From Sphyrna mokarran (lineage: Eukaryota): a stretch of DNA of 64,000 nt. The notes under the pieces were generated by a model that had not been told where the DNA came from, ran no database searches, and saw nothing but the letters and a program-made list of their open reading frames with translations. A program made the translations under genes and the position numbers. The stretch spans positions 69,502,001 through 69,566,000 of the forward strand of contig JAGIQG010000006.1 in the NCBI GenBank assembly GCA_024679065.1. Reading direction: 5' to 3'. Below, in pieces: positions 37,690-51,884 of this stretch (the first letter of the stretch is position 1; every line of letters begins with the position of its first letter).

Positions 37690-38665
37690 AAGGAATAAAT
37701 GGGATTGTGTCAGAGTGGATGTAAAGTTGGTTTAATGGCAGGAAGCAGATAGTAATAGTGAACAACTATTCTTTGGAATGAAAGATGGAGTTTCTCAAAG
37801 GTTGGTACCAGGACCACTGCTTTTCAAGACATATTAATGCTTTGGTGGACAGGGCACAGTTTCAAAGTTTGCAAGATGACAAAAATCTTGGAACAATAGT
37901 GAACTCTGAGGATAGTGACAAGACTTCAAAGGAATACAGGCAGGGTGGTGGAATGAGCAAACATGCGGCAGATAAAATTTAATGTAGACTAATATGAAGT
38001 GATAGACTTTCCGTGGCCAGGAGGTAAATATGTACAAAACTTTGAAGGTGCCAGAATAGTTTGAATGGGCAACAAGGCATGTGGATTCCTCAGTTTCATA
38101 ATTATAATAATGAAGTCATGAAAGCCTTTATAAAATACTAATTTGGCCTGAATTGGAGTTCTGTATCCAATTCTTGGCACCAAGCTTTAGGAAGGATCTT
38201 AAGGCTTTCGAGAAAATGAAGAAAAGATTTACAAAAATAGTTCCAAAGATAAGGGACGTGACTTATCTGGACGAATCAGAGAAGCTGTACCTTTTAGAAA
38301 AGACTGAGAAGAACTTTGATGGAGATGTTCAAAATTAGAGTAGAAAAGCATAGAAAATGTTCCCATTTTGAAAGCAAACAAAGCAAAGTACCGCAATTCA
38401 GAGTGAACTGCAATAGGTGACATGAGGAATTTTTTTTTTGATGCAAGTGGTTACAATTTGGAACGCACTATCTGGGAGTGTGGTGGAAGCAGATTTAATC
38501 ATCGTTTGCAAAGAGATTTGGATAAGAACCTATAGAGAGAGAAAAAAAGGTATGTTATGGAAAAAGTGCAGGGGAATGAGACTAGCTGAGTTGTTCTTGC
38601 AAAACTGGCATAGACATGATGGGCTGGAATGATCTCCTTGTGAGAGTAACCATTCTATGATTCTA
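37690..38665 (+). mobile_element. Decayed CR1 LINE
   Basis: SKFADD-like, LEFCIQFLAP and VVTIWNAL remnants; ATTCTATGATTCTAT tail. Confidence 0.8.
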
Positions 38666-39126
38666 TAAAGCCAAGTGCAAAGAGATTTTTGAACAAGTTG
38701 GAGTTTATGAAAGATGGCAATGGGAGATCAGCATGGAAAATTGGAAAGACTGAGTTTTAATATATCAAAAGTTCAAGAATCCATGCTAACATTCAGACAA
38801 AAGATCCTTCATTGTTACAACTCCACCATACTTTCTGATTTGATATTTTTGACCACTACTGATGTGGTGCTCATGAAGGCTGAAACCTTATTTGCTTCTG
38901 TCAATAGCATATCTATGTCGTAATTTTGGGACCATACAAATTTAGACAATCATGCTATATTGTGAAAGTGTGATACTTCACGTCAATAGATGTGCACTTT
39001 TGGCATGTGTCTAATCATCTAAGGAACAGTGGTCACAATACACATTAAATGCATCGTTATAACTTCGTAGTTCAGATGGCATTAAGATTTCTATTTCAAC
39101 TGCTGCATGAAGAACTTTGAGCAGAA

Positions 39127-39870
39127 ATAGAATAGAATAAAAAAGAGCAAAACAGCATGGGAAACAGGCCCTTTGGCCCAACAAGCCCGCGCCGCCACCT
39201 CGATGTTCCCACTTTTACCCGTGATCCCTGTCTATGTTTATAGATCTATGCATCAAAATCAAATTTGAGACAATTTAGAGAGAATTTGTTCTACCAATCA
39301 GCCTAAGAGCACACCTTTGGGATGTGGGAAGAAACCAGAACACCCAGAGAAAACCCACAGAAGCACAGGGAGAATGCGCAAACTCCCACAGACACAGGCC
39401 CAAATCCATGTATCTGCATAGCACAGCAATAGTCACTGAGCGGTCGTGTTGCCCATTAAATGGTCTAGGTCAAGCATACACTAACGATGTGAAGCATCGT
39501 TAGGATACTCTCGAAAAATTCCAAAATTCTCATGACCCATCGCGTGTATGCCCCTTGTTAGGCAACAAGACGTATCAAAGTACCTGTAGGATAAAACAAA
39601 TACATCAATATCAACTATTTACTATTTGGGAGCCAGGGAACTCCCAAGGCTCATGATCCCTATTTTAAATCAGTTTTCTATATCCTCCATTCCCATTCTG
39701 TTCATGTGCTCATCTAAGTATCTCTTAAATAACTCCAGAGTGCCTGCCTCCACCACTTTACTTGGCAGCACGTTCCATACCCCCACCACCCTCTGTGTGA
39801 AAAAACTCCCTCTAAGCATCCAAATTATACCTTTTACCCCCCTCACCCTAAGCCCGTGACCCCTCTTGTG
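39127..39870 (-). mobile_element. CR1 LINE 3' end with a long 3' UTR containing an embedded V-SINE (copy B), in CARNMT1 intron 7
   Basis: FFTQRVVGVWNVLPSKVVEAG...YLDEHMN; V-domain at ~39295-39395; tail GGCGGCGCGGGCTTGTTGGGCCAAAGGGCCTGTTTCCCATGCT nearly identical to copy A. Confidence 0.88.
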
Positions 39871-40618
39871 CTATTTGAGTCCATCTAGCTTGCAAATCTG
39901 GCAAAAGATAGTATTAATCTCTCAAGGTCATTTACTATTACTGTTCTAAATCTTCAACAAACGTGCTACATATTTTCAGTCTTTTAAAGTTGTGGCAGGA
40001 GTTAAGGTCAGCTGTCACAACTGTAGAGGCATTTATCTTATATTCATGCATGCAACATGCTCTTTGTGCCATACATTGAAATTTTTGCCCTGGGCGCTTT
40101 GTTCATATTGTAATTGTTTATTTTTGCCTGTATGTTTATATAGCAACTACAGAACTTGTTATCTCCTCGGAATAGTACTAAATGAACAAGTAAACACATC
40201 AGTAGCATTTAATTGTACTCTAATAAAGATAACACCTAATAATTTTTTTTAGCAGTTGATACCAAATATTGGACTAGAAATAAGATACACAAATTAACTG
40301 AAAGTCTATGGGACTACATAATTTAGCATATATAAAGATGTTTTGCTCCAAATTCAACAGCAAAGAATATAGTCTTTTTGCTAGGTAAAATGAAGCGTCT
40401 TATGTCCTTAGGTTTTACTTAACACAGTGCTATATATATGTAGCACCAAATACATCTCTAGGCAAACTTTGCTTTGCCACATTTAGACATGTGGTGAGGA
40501 TATCTAATCTAAAAGGATTAAGTGATATACTGACAAGTTAATAATGTGGATTGATCAATAACTGTTCATCGCAATGGCCTCTTTTATTTGTAATAATAGA
40601 TATGGTCAAGGCTCTTAC

Positions 40619-40722
40619 CTCAATTTTGAATCCATATTGAAGTATGCAATGTCTGATGTCTTCATAACTCAGTTCTATTGACTTTTCGTTTGCCATATTC
40701 TCAAAATGATACAGCAACGGAC
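40619..40722 (-). CDS. CARNMT1: CARNMT1 exon 7
   Basis: Acceptor TTTCTCCTAG|, donor GAG|GTAAGA; [35 protein letters not shown]; 104 nt. Confidence 0.96.
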
Positions 40723-42329
40723 CTAGGAGAAATTAGTTTAGGTTAGGTGGTCCTGTCAACCTATTCAATTTACAAGTTTACAATTGATTAAGATTACTCA
40801 GACGACCAAATACATGCAAAGGAGTTGTGCATAAAGTGATTCATAATCCCTTCCTAATTTGAGCTTCAAATCATTCAAAATGATCATGATTTCTGTTATC
40901 AAGATTGAAGAAATACATTGAGTTTTGTTCCATTGTTTTCTTATCATATGTTGGGAATTATTTGGAATAAATTGTAATTCATTTCTTTGAAAAAGTTGAA
41001 GCAGAATTGATACCATAATCCCCAGATTAATAACTTATTTTACAACAAATTAAGTTACTACAATCTTCCCTGTTCGCTGTTGCTATTATGAGCTATTCAC
41101 CTTTATCCTCTAAGAACAGGCATTCTGAATGGCCATGAGGCATAAAACATTGTTACACAGCCATTCAATCAGTTATATTCTGAACTGCTTCTTAGCATTC
41201 ATAAGATCTTTCTCACCCCTGAATTCCATTTAGAAGTGCAGAACAGTTGCAATATTTTGTTTACTCTAGAATGCACTATCTAGAACACCTTTTAAGTTTT
41301 GAATTTGATCATATTTTATCATAGCACTAACTGGTGGTTCTCGTGATAATAAAGTTTCTACGTGTTATTTTGATCCTGTGATGTTCATGTACTTTGGAGG
41401 AATATAGCTTATTAGGCAACCTGGCTGCAGTAGTCAGTTGTAGGATGAATGTCAAGAAAAAAGGATATACTGGGATCAGAGGTGACATTAGAAAATCTGT
41501 AATTTTGACCTGAATGATCTGTGAGCATGGAAGACCTGAAAAATGTCTCAAAAGATTACGGACGCGTGGGCCAGTCATCCAATTCTAACATTTGCAGCAT
41601 ATAAATGATATTTAATATAACAGTTGAACACGAATGAAAATACACTTATGTTTTAAAATTTTTGTTAAATATAGCTATCACTCCACAATGAACTATGTTA
41701 AAGATGTACTGAAAAAACAATGCTGTAATAGTGTGTCTACATACTATTTTTATATGATAGCCCACATTTTAACAGAAACTGTGAAATTATTATAGTTTCC
41801 CATTTTCACAACTTATTTAAGCTGTTTTATTTCCAGTTAAATTTAAAGAAGCAGGATTGCACAGAACCCTTTTCTTACAAATGGATATTGCTGGGAACCC
41901 TAAATTGAAGCATACACCTATCTTCTTTAACTGTATTGCTTGCAAATTCCATTCAGCTTCTCAAAGTTTAAGACTGCAGATAGGAGGTAAACCTTTCAAA
42001 AATGTTAATCTATTCAAGTCACTAAGAATTTTATGTGAACTTCAATACAATACTTTGGAGTTCCATTCCTGAATTTTGAGATGTCCTACAATTCTAAAAC
42101 TTTCTAAGATTTATTTTTGATACAACAAGAATTGAGGAACAATGCAAGTCTTGGTTTTCAATATGTTTATTCATACTTTGAAATATCTTTTCTTATTGTA
42201 TATTGCAGATTAGAAAATAAATCTAAACCTGAGACCCCTTATGGTTACGTATGCCAAAAATTCTTGATACCCCTAATTGGTATGTGTATTTTGTTCACAA
42301 ACACTTCAAACTATACATTTTTGAAATAA

Positions 42330-44370
42330 AGTTCCCCACAGAGCACAGTAATAGGGTATTGCAGTATTATCCTCATGAATGATCTGAATGAATGAAGATA
42401 TTGGGGCAAAAGTCTACAAGTTTCCAGATGAAATGAAGGTTTGTGAGAGTGAGGACGTGAAAAAACTACTTTGAGTGGATCATTATACAGTGAGGAAATG
42501 GTGCATGATTGGTAAATGGCATCTAATTTTGATAAATGTAGTGCTGTGCATGTGGGTAGGGCCAATGTCAAATATACATACACCTTACAGAGTACAGAAC
42601 TGAAATCTGTTGAAAGAAAAGAAAAGATGCTCAATTGTCTTTGGTTCATAATCCTGTGAAATGATAATCAAACAAGACAGTAGGTTGTATTACTTTGGAT
42701 GCCTTCACTTCGAATACAACATCCAATTTGGAAGCTTTGGCAATGATTCGAAAGAGGGCTAAATGACTGATCCCCAACTCACACCACCTCAATTACCCAA
42801 TTCCCAAGCACGGCAGAAAGCTGAATCATTCTTCTGTTGCCTTCCCCTCTGCCCCTCCTCTCTTTCAAGTTCAGAATTCTCAGTTCATCTGGAGCTCTCC
42901 CTATGATGTCTTACTCTCTGTAGATCCTTTCATTGGGACCTGCCAGTTTAACGCTGACCATCTCAATTTCTTCAAACTACTCCTCCCCGCCCTGAACTTA
43001 CAGTTTTCTATTCTTTCAAATTCATTATCAAACCTATTGATAAGAGCGTCATTGTTGATGTTTTTTGAACAGGCCTCTACCTCATTCTTTTGACTCCTTT
43101 AATTTTTTTTCTCTAAAAAGATGCCATTATGGTGCCAAGTATGGGCTCCAGCTGTGCTTTTTGTGGGATTCTTTGTTCCAGTTCTACTCAGGTGCTCCCT
43201 CTCTGTGCTGTTGTCTAGAACACTGATGAATGCATCAGTATTGCAACTTCCTCTAGCTCAGATCTGATTATGGTATCGATTTTGCTTTAAATTTTGCCTT
43301 CTCCCTTGTTTTCACATAGCTCAACTCCAACTCCTTTCCTCAACTTTTATATCTCTATTACTGGGCATAGCTGTCAGCCATCACCTACTATCTGCTGACA
43401 TCCATAACTACCTTGATTATACATGTTCCCAACCTACTTCCCATCTTCAGCTGATGCGAGCTCGAGAGACTTCACCTCATAAGATCACAAAATACAACAG
43501 AATTAGGCCATCCAGCCCATCAAATCTATTCCAACATTCAATCATAGCTGATAAGTTTCTCAAACCCATTCTCCTGCTTTTTCATGTAACCTTTGATCCT
43601 TTAAGATAAAAAAAACTTATGATTCAGCACTTTATAACTTTCTGAACTCAAAATTAAGTTTGACAATTGTAGACCTGAACCACTCCCCAATTTGATCAAA
43701 CAGCAGTTCCTGCTAATGATGTTGCTGTCATTTATAGCTCATTTAAAGTCATCTTACTTCTTTATTTGTTCCTTTACCACCTACTTCTGCTTTGCACTCT
43801 CATGCCTTTCGTATATTAAATCACTCCTGTCTGCCATTCTATCAAAGAGATTCCACTTTGTTCTTTCTTTACTTCTGTAATTGTTCAATCTGTTACATCT
43901 CTAGTTGTGATGAAAGTCACAGACATAAACACCAAACTGTTTCCTTCTGTGCTGCCTGTTTTCAGCATTTTCTGTTTACTTAAAAAGTAATGGGTGATCT
44001 GACAGGGGTGTTTAAAATGATTAAAAGGACTGCCCTGTATTTATAATGACAGATTTTAAATAAATAGAAGTTGCACCTGGGTGGAAGGGGGTCCGATATT
44101 AGGAAATTCTTCTTTTCCTACAGCACTGTAGATCTATTTAACAAGTTACTGTCTTGAGTTGAGTGTGCATACGTTCAAAAACTGGATCTGTTCATGGCTG
44201 AACTGTGGATGATGGTGTATAAAGGATGAGATAGTAAGCAATATAAATCATGGTCATTGTTGTTTTCTGAACTAGCTTTGATTAAATGGGTTGGAAGGAT
44301 ATTTTGCTATTAGAGTTGACTAATTTGTAAAATGTTTTGCCTCTCCCAGCAGATTTCATGGATCCTGTGG
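42330..44370 (+). mobile_element. Old CR1 (42330-42790 and 43990-44370) interrupted by a Penelope relic
   Basis: LMNDL..., W*MASNFDKCSAVHVG before the insert; GDLTGVFKMIK after it. Confidence 0.6.
42790..43980 (+). mobile_element. Penelope-like RT relic with pLTR; a CR1 tail is inserted at 43480-43620
   Basis: Eroded PLE RT motifs: MG-like ATGGGCTCCAGCTGTGC, YIDD-like AACACTGATGAATGCATC, PFL and HNYLDYT; degenerate hammerhead at ~43907-43930. Confidence 0.65.
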
Positions 44371-46579
44371 AATGGGCATAGTATGAATAATGATGTTAAA
44401 AGGAATTACAACCATGTGGGGCAAGTACAATGGATGAGTTAGTGGTTTCCTGTCTACCATTCCTGCACGTTTATACAACTGGATACATGAGGCTACTCTA
44501 ATGTGCATAGCATTATTCACAGTAAAATATCTCTGATTTTCACGTTTACGAAAGAGAGCCAATAGCAGAGAAAGATAGAAAAAAGCAGGAAGAAGAGGTA
44601 GAGACATATTATTCTCAGGACAGGGCCATATTAATTATATCACAACAAATGCTCTAGATAATTCAGTTCTAATTTTAATGCTTTATTTGAAACTTCAACA
44701 TTTTTTTTGTTTTTCAGAAATTTTGTATTTTTGCCTTGACATTTAAAAATGCCATAATTACTACTTTACTTCTCAGATTCACCATGTTACAACAAATGTT
44801 GAAAAATAATGAAAATAGTGCTTAAGTGGAAATTAGGATTTTATTGGTTTGTTTTCATATCTGCTTCAAAGGTTGTGAACATTTGGGCTTGTGCCATTTC
44901 AGCCCTAGAAATAGTTTTAGTCTTGTCTTTTGTTTCACTTTTTTTGTTTTTACTATAGTCTCATAAGAAACATTGATCCAAATGTTTTCTTTGCTGACAA
45001 AAACATGGCTTTCATCAAGGGTTAAATCACTGTCATTTATTTGAGGAAAACAAAAATGATAACTGAGGTTTTGAACTATATAATTCAGATGCATAAAATG
45101 TAATCTGTTGGCTCTGAAACAAAGTCTTTCAATCCGTGACTAATAAATGAAACAAGTGAATGACTAATTCAATGTCTCAATAATCAGATTATTGTATGAC
45201 AATTAAACATTGCCGACAATTGATACTAAGTGTAAACAAATAAAACATGTAAACTTTAAATAGTTTTATCTTGAGCAGTGCAGCATAATTTGATGAATGA
45301 TTATGGTAATCTCAGTCATACCTATGGACCAGATAATTAGAATTTTATGAGTTTCCTGAAGTAGTTGGACCAATTAAGGATACAACTTAGGAAACAGCAA
45401 ATGGATTTGATGGCATATATCAAAGTAAAACATGTTGCTACAGTATAAGGGTTAATCAAATTGACTTTGTGAAGTGTGCTAATGTAAGAGTGTGAATGAT
45501 TTAAACAGAACTATGATTCTATATCGTAATATGTTAAAATAAAAGTATACTGCTATTCCAAGACTAAATTATTAAGTAGACATGAATAAGGAAGAGTTCA
45601 TAGATATATGTCAGGCAGAAAAACTCTCTTTGTTAATTAATTAAAGGAGATATCAAAGCATTATTAGGGTAAGGATTTACTTGAGAAAAATGAAACAACC
45701 TCTAGGCAGGAAAGTTAGGGACTGAGAATCAAAGAAAGGAGTGAGAAATTGATAGTTACGCTCCCCAAAAGAGGCACTCTAAGATGGATCCATACCTATA
45801 AGAACACAACAATTATGTTTCAAATGAAAATTTATAGTGTAACTATGAAGCTTGTGAATTCAGAAGAAATGAGCAAAGAATATAAAAAGTGGGTGTGGGA
45901 ACAGATACTTAGAATTAGACTAAGACCTGATCAACTTATCTATTGAGTTCAGAACATTCAAGTGTTTGAATTCTCTGGCTAAAACTCAAATGATCTTTCT
46001 TGTAATATTGGCATTAAAGATGTTACTTAATTATACACTTAATGAATTTGACAGTTAACATTGTGAACACCACTGATTTCAGGAATAAACATATACATTT
46101 GTAAAATGTTTTGATTTGAGTAAGAGTATACATTTACCTCTCCTTTCAAAATTGGTAATTTTGAAGTGCATATTCTCTTGATGTATCACAAAACATAGAA
46201 TTAATGTTTACTATTGATTCTTCAAAAAGTAGGATTAGGTGGGTTAGTTGTCTGCCAATTTTCAATATTGTCAGTTAAGTAAATTATTATGAAGACATGG
46301 CAGAATCAATAGCTAAATTATATAAAAGTTTAGAGAAATTTAGCCCTGAATTTCAAGGATTAAAATTTATGTTGAAACTAAGGCATATTTAAATGAGTTA
46401 GAACACTCTGATGAGGAGCCCAACATCAAAAATGACCTATGATTCATGGGATACTCATAATTTGTAAAGTATTGATCAAATGGTTAGAACAATGCTCAAC
46501 ATTACAATAAACAGGAAAAAATACATGAGGAATATTGGTACAATCTAAAGGATTGGTACAATTTAAAGGATCATCCTTG

Positions 46580-47960
46580 ACTCTCTATTCAACTCAACCT
46601 CAAATATATTCAATGACCCACCTCCCCTGCTCTCTGGAGAAGAGAATTCCAAGACTAATGAATGTCTAAGGGAAAAAAATCATTCTCATCCTAGCCATAA
46701 ATGGCCAATAACTTATTTTCAATTGTGCTCTCACTTTTGGATTTCCCCATGACAGGAAATATTTCTTCAGTATCACCCTGTTAAGCCCACTCAGAAATTA
46801 AAATGTTTCAATAAGGTTACCCTCTCATTCTTCTAAACTTCAATGATTATAGGCCCAATCTGTTCAACTTTTTCTAATAAGACAATCTCTTCATCCAAAC
46901 CTTCTCTAAATTACCTACAATGCAACTATATCCCTCCTTAAACAAGGAGACCAATACTCAATGTGTGGCCTCATCAATCACCTGTAGTGTTATAGTAATA
47001 ATCTCCACTCTTTTATACTCCATCTGTCTTATAATTATGGCCAACATCCCATTTGCCTTCCTAACTATTTGCCACACCTGCATGTTAACTTTTTGTGATT
47101 CACACACAAGGATACCCAGATCTCTCTGTACCATAACATTCTGAAGTTATTCTCCATTTAAATAACATTCTGCTCTTCTATTTTTCCTCCAAAGTGAACA
47201 ACCTCATATTTTCCTCCATTATGTTCCATCTACAAACTTTTTGCCCACTCACCTAACCCATCTATTTGCAAACTCTTTGTATCCTCCTCACAACTTTCTT
47301 TCCTACCTATCTTTGTATCATCAGCAAATTTGGTTGCAATTATGCACGTCATTAATGTAGATCATAGATAGATAAGGCCCAATCCTGACCCCTGTGGCAT
47401 TCCACTAATTACATTTACCAAGTTGAAAATGAGTCATTCATGCCAATTCTGTTTCCTGTTAGTTAGCCAATCCTTGATCCATGCTAATATATCATCCTCA
47501 ACACCATGAGTTCTTAGCTTGTGTCGTAACCTTTAACATGGCATGTTATTGAATGCCTTTTGGAAATCAAAATACATTACATCTACTTTTTCCACTTCAT
47601 CACCTGCTTATTACATACTCAAAGAATGCTAATATATTTGTCAAAGAAATTTTTCTTTCATAGAACCATGTTGACTCTGATTTATTATATTTTCTAAATG
47701 TCTTAGTTCTATCCCCTTAATGGATTCTAGCATTTTCCCAATGACAGTTGTTAGACTAACTGGCCTGTAGTTTCCTGCTCACTGTCTATTTCATTCCTTG
47801 AATAGAAAGGTGATACTTGTGGTTTTCCAATCTGAGATTTTTTCAGAATCAAAGAAATTTTAGAAAATTATAACCAATGCCCCGCTATCTCTGCAACGAT
47901 TTCTTTTAAGGCCCTAGGACGCAGATAATTGGATCTAGAGGACTCGAGGCCTTTATCCCA
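46580..47960 (-). mobile_element. Decayed CR1 LINE (RT region)
   Basis: NYRPVSLT, YFDFQKAF, SGMPQGSGLG and KFADDTKIG remnants. Confidence 0.88.
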
Positions 47961-50164
47961 TTAATTGGTGAGGAAAGTAAACAAAAAATGCAGAAAACAG
48001 CAGGACTTTTGTTTTCTGTGTACTGTTGTTTGAAAATTATTTACTTTTCAGAACTACAGGTTGCACTGATTCCATCCCCTTATATGCTGCAGTGTTAATC
48101 CTTTTGTGTAAATCTAACTTAACAAGCATTATTAAGGTAAGAATTCAATGTTTAACTGCAAAAGCTAACAATATAAAGAGAAATTGTAAGCAATGTTACG
48201 TTAGTACAGCAATTTGATTAACCCTTTCCTCCCAGAAGAAAACATGAAGCTTAAACACGTGCAGTAGTCCATTTGCAAATAACGTTTTAGCTGGCTACAT
48301 ACTGTAAGAAAATAATCAGGCAAGACTGCTGCTGTAACTGAGCTAATAAAATGCAAGAAGGTATTTGAAAATATTTGAAGATAAGTCGCAACAAACTATT
48401 TTAACTTTATCCAAAAATCCAGTATTTACCTAAAATCCTGCATGTTCTACTGCCAAAAAGATTGATATAACGAGAGGACTCAGGGAGGAGGAACAGAGGA
48501 TTATGAGGTATTTGGGCCTCCAAGCTACAAACAGTCATAGGTTGCACTTGCATTCATTACAGAAAATAAGGAGACATGTTCCAGGTCTTTAAAATGCTCA
48601 AATACAATAATAATTCAGAGCATGAGAATACAGAACATTAGCAAAATTAACAAGAATAGAATTCGAAGGAAACTTCCTCCTCATAGAAGACATGTGGAAC
48701 AGACTCAGAGCAAAGGTTGTATTCATGACTTAAAAAAATGCAAAGGGTAGATAAGAATAAATAGAGAGAGGTACATTCAAATATTCCATGGAACAAAATG
48801 ATTCCTATGCTGCATAGAGCAAGGAAATATTTGCAGAAATCAGTTGTTCGATATTGAATGTTACAGGTGATAAAGTTAGACAAATATTTGTATTAATATT
48901 AATATAGATTATTACAGGGCAGGGTAAAAGTAAAAATGTATAAGACTTTCCCTCAGATAATTTTTAAGTGTGGTAGAGTTCATGATGCATGTAGTCTGTG
49001 GAAAAGCAGGCTTGATACCAAGGACAATTTTCATCCCAAGTTTTCTTACAAATATCTACAATTCACTAAAGAGTGATGTTTTTACAATTGATATTTCTAT
49101 GACTGATGTATTTGCATATAATTAATATAATCAGCAGCACAAAATGATAATTTGAAAATATTAAGTTCCAATCCTAAACAGTTTGAGAACAAAATATGAA
49201 TTGTTGGAAAAGAATATATAAAATGAAAAGCACTTCTATAAAAATATAGACATTTTAACTGTTACAATAAAATACTATATTGTGAATTTTCTTTAGGTTG
49301 TATACGTATTTTACAGATCTCCAAAAATCTCCGCAACATACTTTCAATCAAAACCTACGCTGTTTCAAATTTGACTATTTCTTTTATGAAGACATCTGAA
49401 CTAACAAAAATACCTCCACCAAAGCCAGGAACTGCTCCACTGTCATATTCCTTGCTTCTTTTAAGGAGGTCAAGATTCAGTAGCTACCAATATTCTGCCA
49501 CCCAAGCATTAATAATTTCATAAATGAGCATTCACCCTGATCATATACAGTCAGGTTCTGTCACTTCTCTAATCTGTTTAGTTTATATATAAAATTAAAG
49601 GCAAAATAAAACACAATCTGCAGAATAATGGTCACCTACAAAGAGTCTTCAAGGTGCTTTCTTTATCAGGTTTTGCACTTTGCACGAAGTATTTGTGTTG
49701 TCTATATAAGGAAATAGGTGGAAAAGCATCAGAGGAACATAATTTAAAATACCACTAGTGCTTCTGTTACATTTAATATTGCTGTAGTACATTTATAAAA
49801 GCAGATACCATCATGTTCACATTTTACTTTGTTATGGCTATACCTTAAGGAATCAAGGCAGTTGTGATCATTATTTCTGGAGAAAACAGAACCGACATAT
49901 AAAAGGATTTCTTCTCAAAACTACATTCACTGATTTGGCAGCATCAATTTATACACTTGAGGTTTAAAAATGGAAATATTCTATAAACTAATGATGGGCA
50001 AATCTGGCTTTATTAATTCCCGAGACTGATTCAAATGCTAAAACATTCTTAAACCTGAGATATATATTCCATTTACAACAGCTTAAAAGGCATAAGTGTA
50101 TATACTTTTAGCTAACAGAAAAACAAGCAATATTAGCTATGAACAGAATATTCTGATTACGCAC

Positions 50165-50278
50165 CAAGATTTATCCATATTCCTCCAAATTTCAGGATCT
50201 TCCATATTGTTTCAATGTAATCAACAACATTATGTGCAGTGTCGATGAAGAAACACGTTGCTACACAGTCCCATGTGT
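50165..50278 (-). CDS. CARNMT1: CARNMT1 exon 6
   Basis: Acceptor ATTAACAG|, donor G|GTGCGT; [37 protein letters not shown]; 114 nt. Confidence 0.96.
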
Positions 50279-50759
50279 CTGTTAATGCAAAAAAACTGAA
50301 GTTACTTTATATTTGTGTAATATGAAGACTCAAGAAAATAATTCTTCCACTGTTATGAAAAAAATCCTGAAAGAAAATAAGGATGATAAAATTTACATTC
50401 AGCTGCACCCAGCAGCTGATCTTATCTTCATATTATTAAATCAGCTCTGGGGTAGCTGGGTGGTAGTAGGAAGCCAGGACACAACTTAGCTGCTGGCTAA
50501 GTTTCCTTTGATGCCACAGGCAGACAGTCACTCCCACCTCACTGCTGATATTTAGCTCTTTGTGCATATTTGGACTAGGCTGTAATGAGGTTGTAATGCT
50601 TGAATGTAAATAACAGCATGAAATGAAACTCAAAGATTTGGATGAAGATGATTTTAATACAGTCTAAACCACTACTGTTGCAGCACCATTAGAGTTACAA
50701 ATTCACTATGGCAAAAATAGTATTTTTATAGAATAACTGTCAAGAATGAATTTGCATAC

Positions 50760-50938
50760 TTGGTTCTGTATAGATCTCCTGGAAATCTCCTGCTGTCATA
50801 GAAAAGTTAGCATGAGATGGAAGACTATGTGAATTCACATCAGGAAAATGGACTGGTCGAATCTGATCAGCTGATCGTTTGTTGTTACTAAATTGATGTA
50901 TCCAGGGATAAAGTGTCATTGTGTTAACTCCAGTACAT
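50760..50938 (-). CDS. CARNMT1: CARNMT1 exon 5
   Basis: Acceptor CCCTTTTTTAG|, donor A|GTATGC; [59 protein letters not shown]; 179 nt. Confidence 0.96.
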
Positions 50939-51420
50939 CTAAAAAAGGGAAATGAGTAAAATTATACACTTTAATAGACCAGAATCATCTTTAGATTTTT
51001 CCAAACAAACGGAAAAAAACAAACTAAAACAGAAAAATTCAGGTATGAAGGGCCATCCAAACTCAAAATGTTTGCTTTATTCGCTCTCCACAGATATTGT
51101 CAGACTTGCTAAGATTTTCCAACATTTTCTGTTTTTGTTTCAGATTCCAGCATCTGCATTAATTTGTTTCTAAAACAGAGAAGAGCTGGAAAAACAGATC
51201 AGTCAGTATGTGGAAAGAGAAAAAAGAGGTTAAGACTGCAAGTCATACTGATGAGAGATTTGGATGTTACCTATCTTTTTTCTCTTTATAAATTCTAACT
51301 GATATGCTGCGTAATACAACAGTTTCTAACTGTTTTCAATACCAATCATACAGCTTTATTTCAAATTACAAAACAGTTTTAAAACTATATACCATAGCAA
51401 TTTCTGAAGGCATATTTTAC

Positions 51421-51561
51421 CTGTTGAGTACAAAATGTGAACAGAAGAGCATGTATAGACTCCATTCATTACCCTGGCAGCTATAACCCAGTCTTGCAAT
51501 CTCCCAAGCTAGTCTTCCAAGTCCTGCTCCTGGAACAAGTATGTTCATATCAGCAGGATTG
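51421..51561 (-). CDS. CARNMT1: CARNMT1 exon 4 (SAM-binding motif I)
   Basis: Acceptor AATACAG|, donor AG|GTAAAA; [46 protein letters not shown]; 141 nt; not in the ORF track. Confidence 0.96.
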
Positions 51562-51884
51562 CTGTATTGCAAGAGGAATAAATCATAATTAATTTAATAT
51601 GCAAAAAGGCAGCTGGGAAATTAAATAATTATCAAGTGTCAGAATGTACATCAAATGGATCAGTTAGGCTTTCTATTTTATTGCATCTTTGGCAATTACA
51701 AATTAACAAATACCGGGAACTTTGAGCCTTCAAATATATGTTCAGCCATTTATTGTTTGAAAATTTATACTTCAATTGTTTTCTTTATATGTGGTTAACA
51801 AACATTTTGTACAACTAAGTTATCATTTAGATTTGATTGTTTAGAACCAACTATCTTGATAATGCAATAATCTGAATATTTCAT

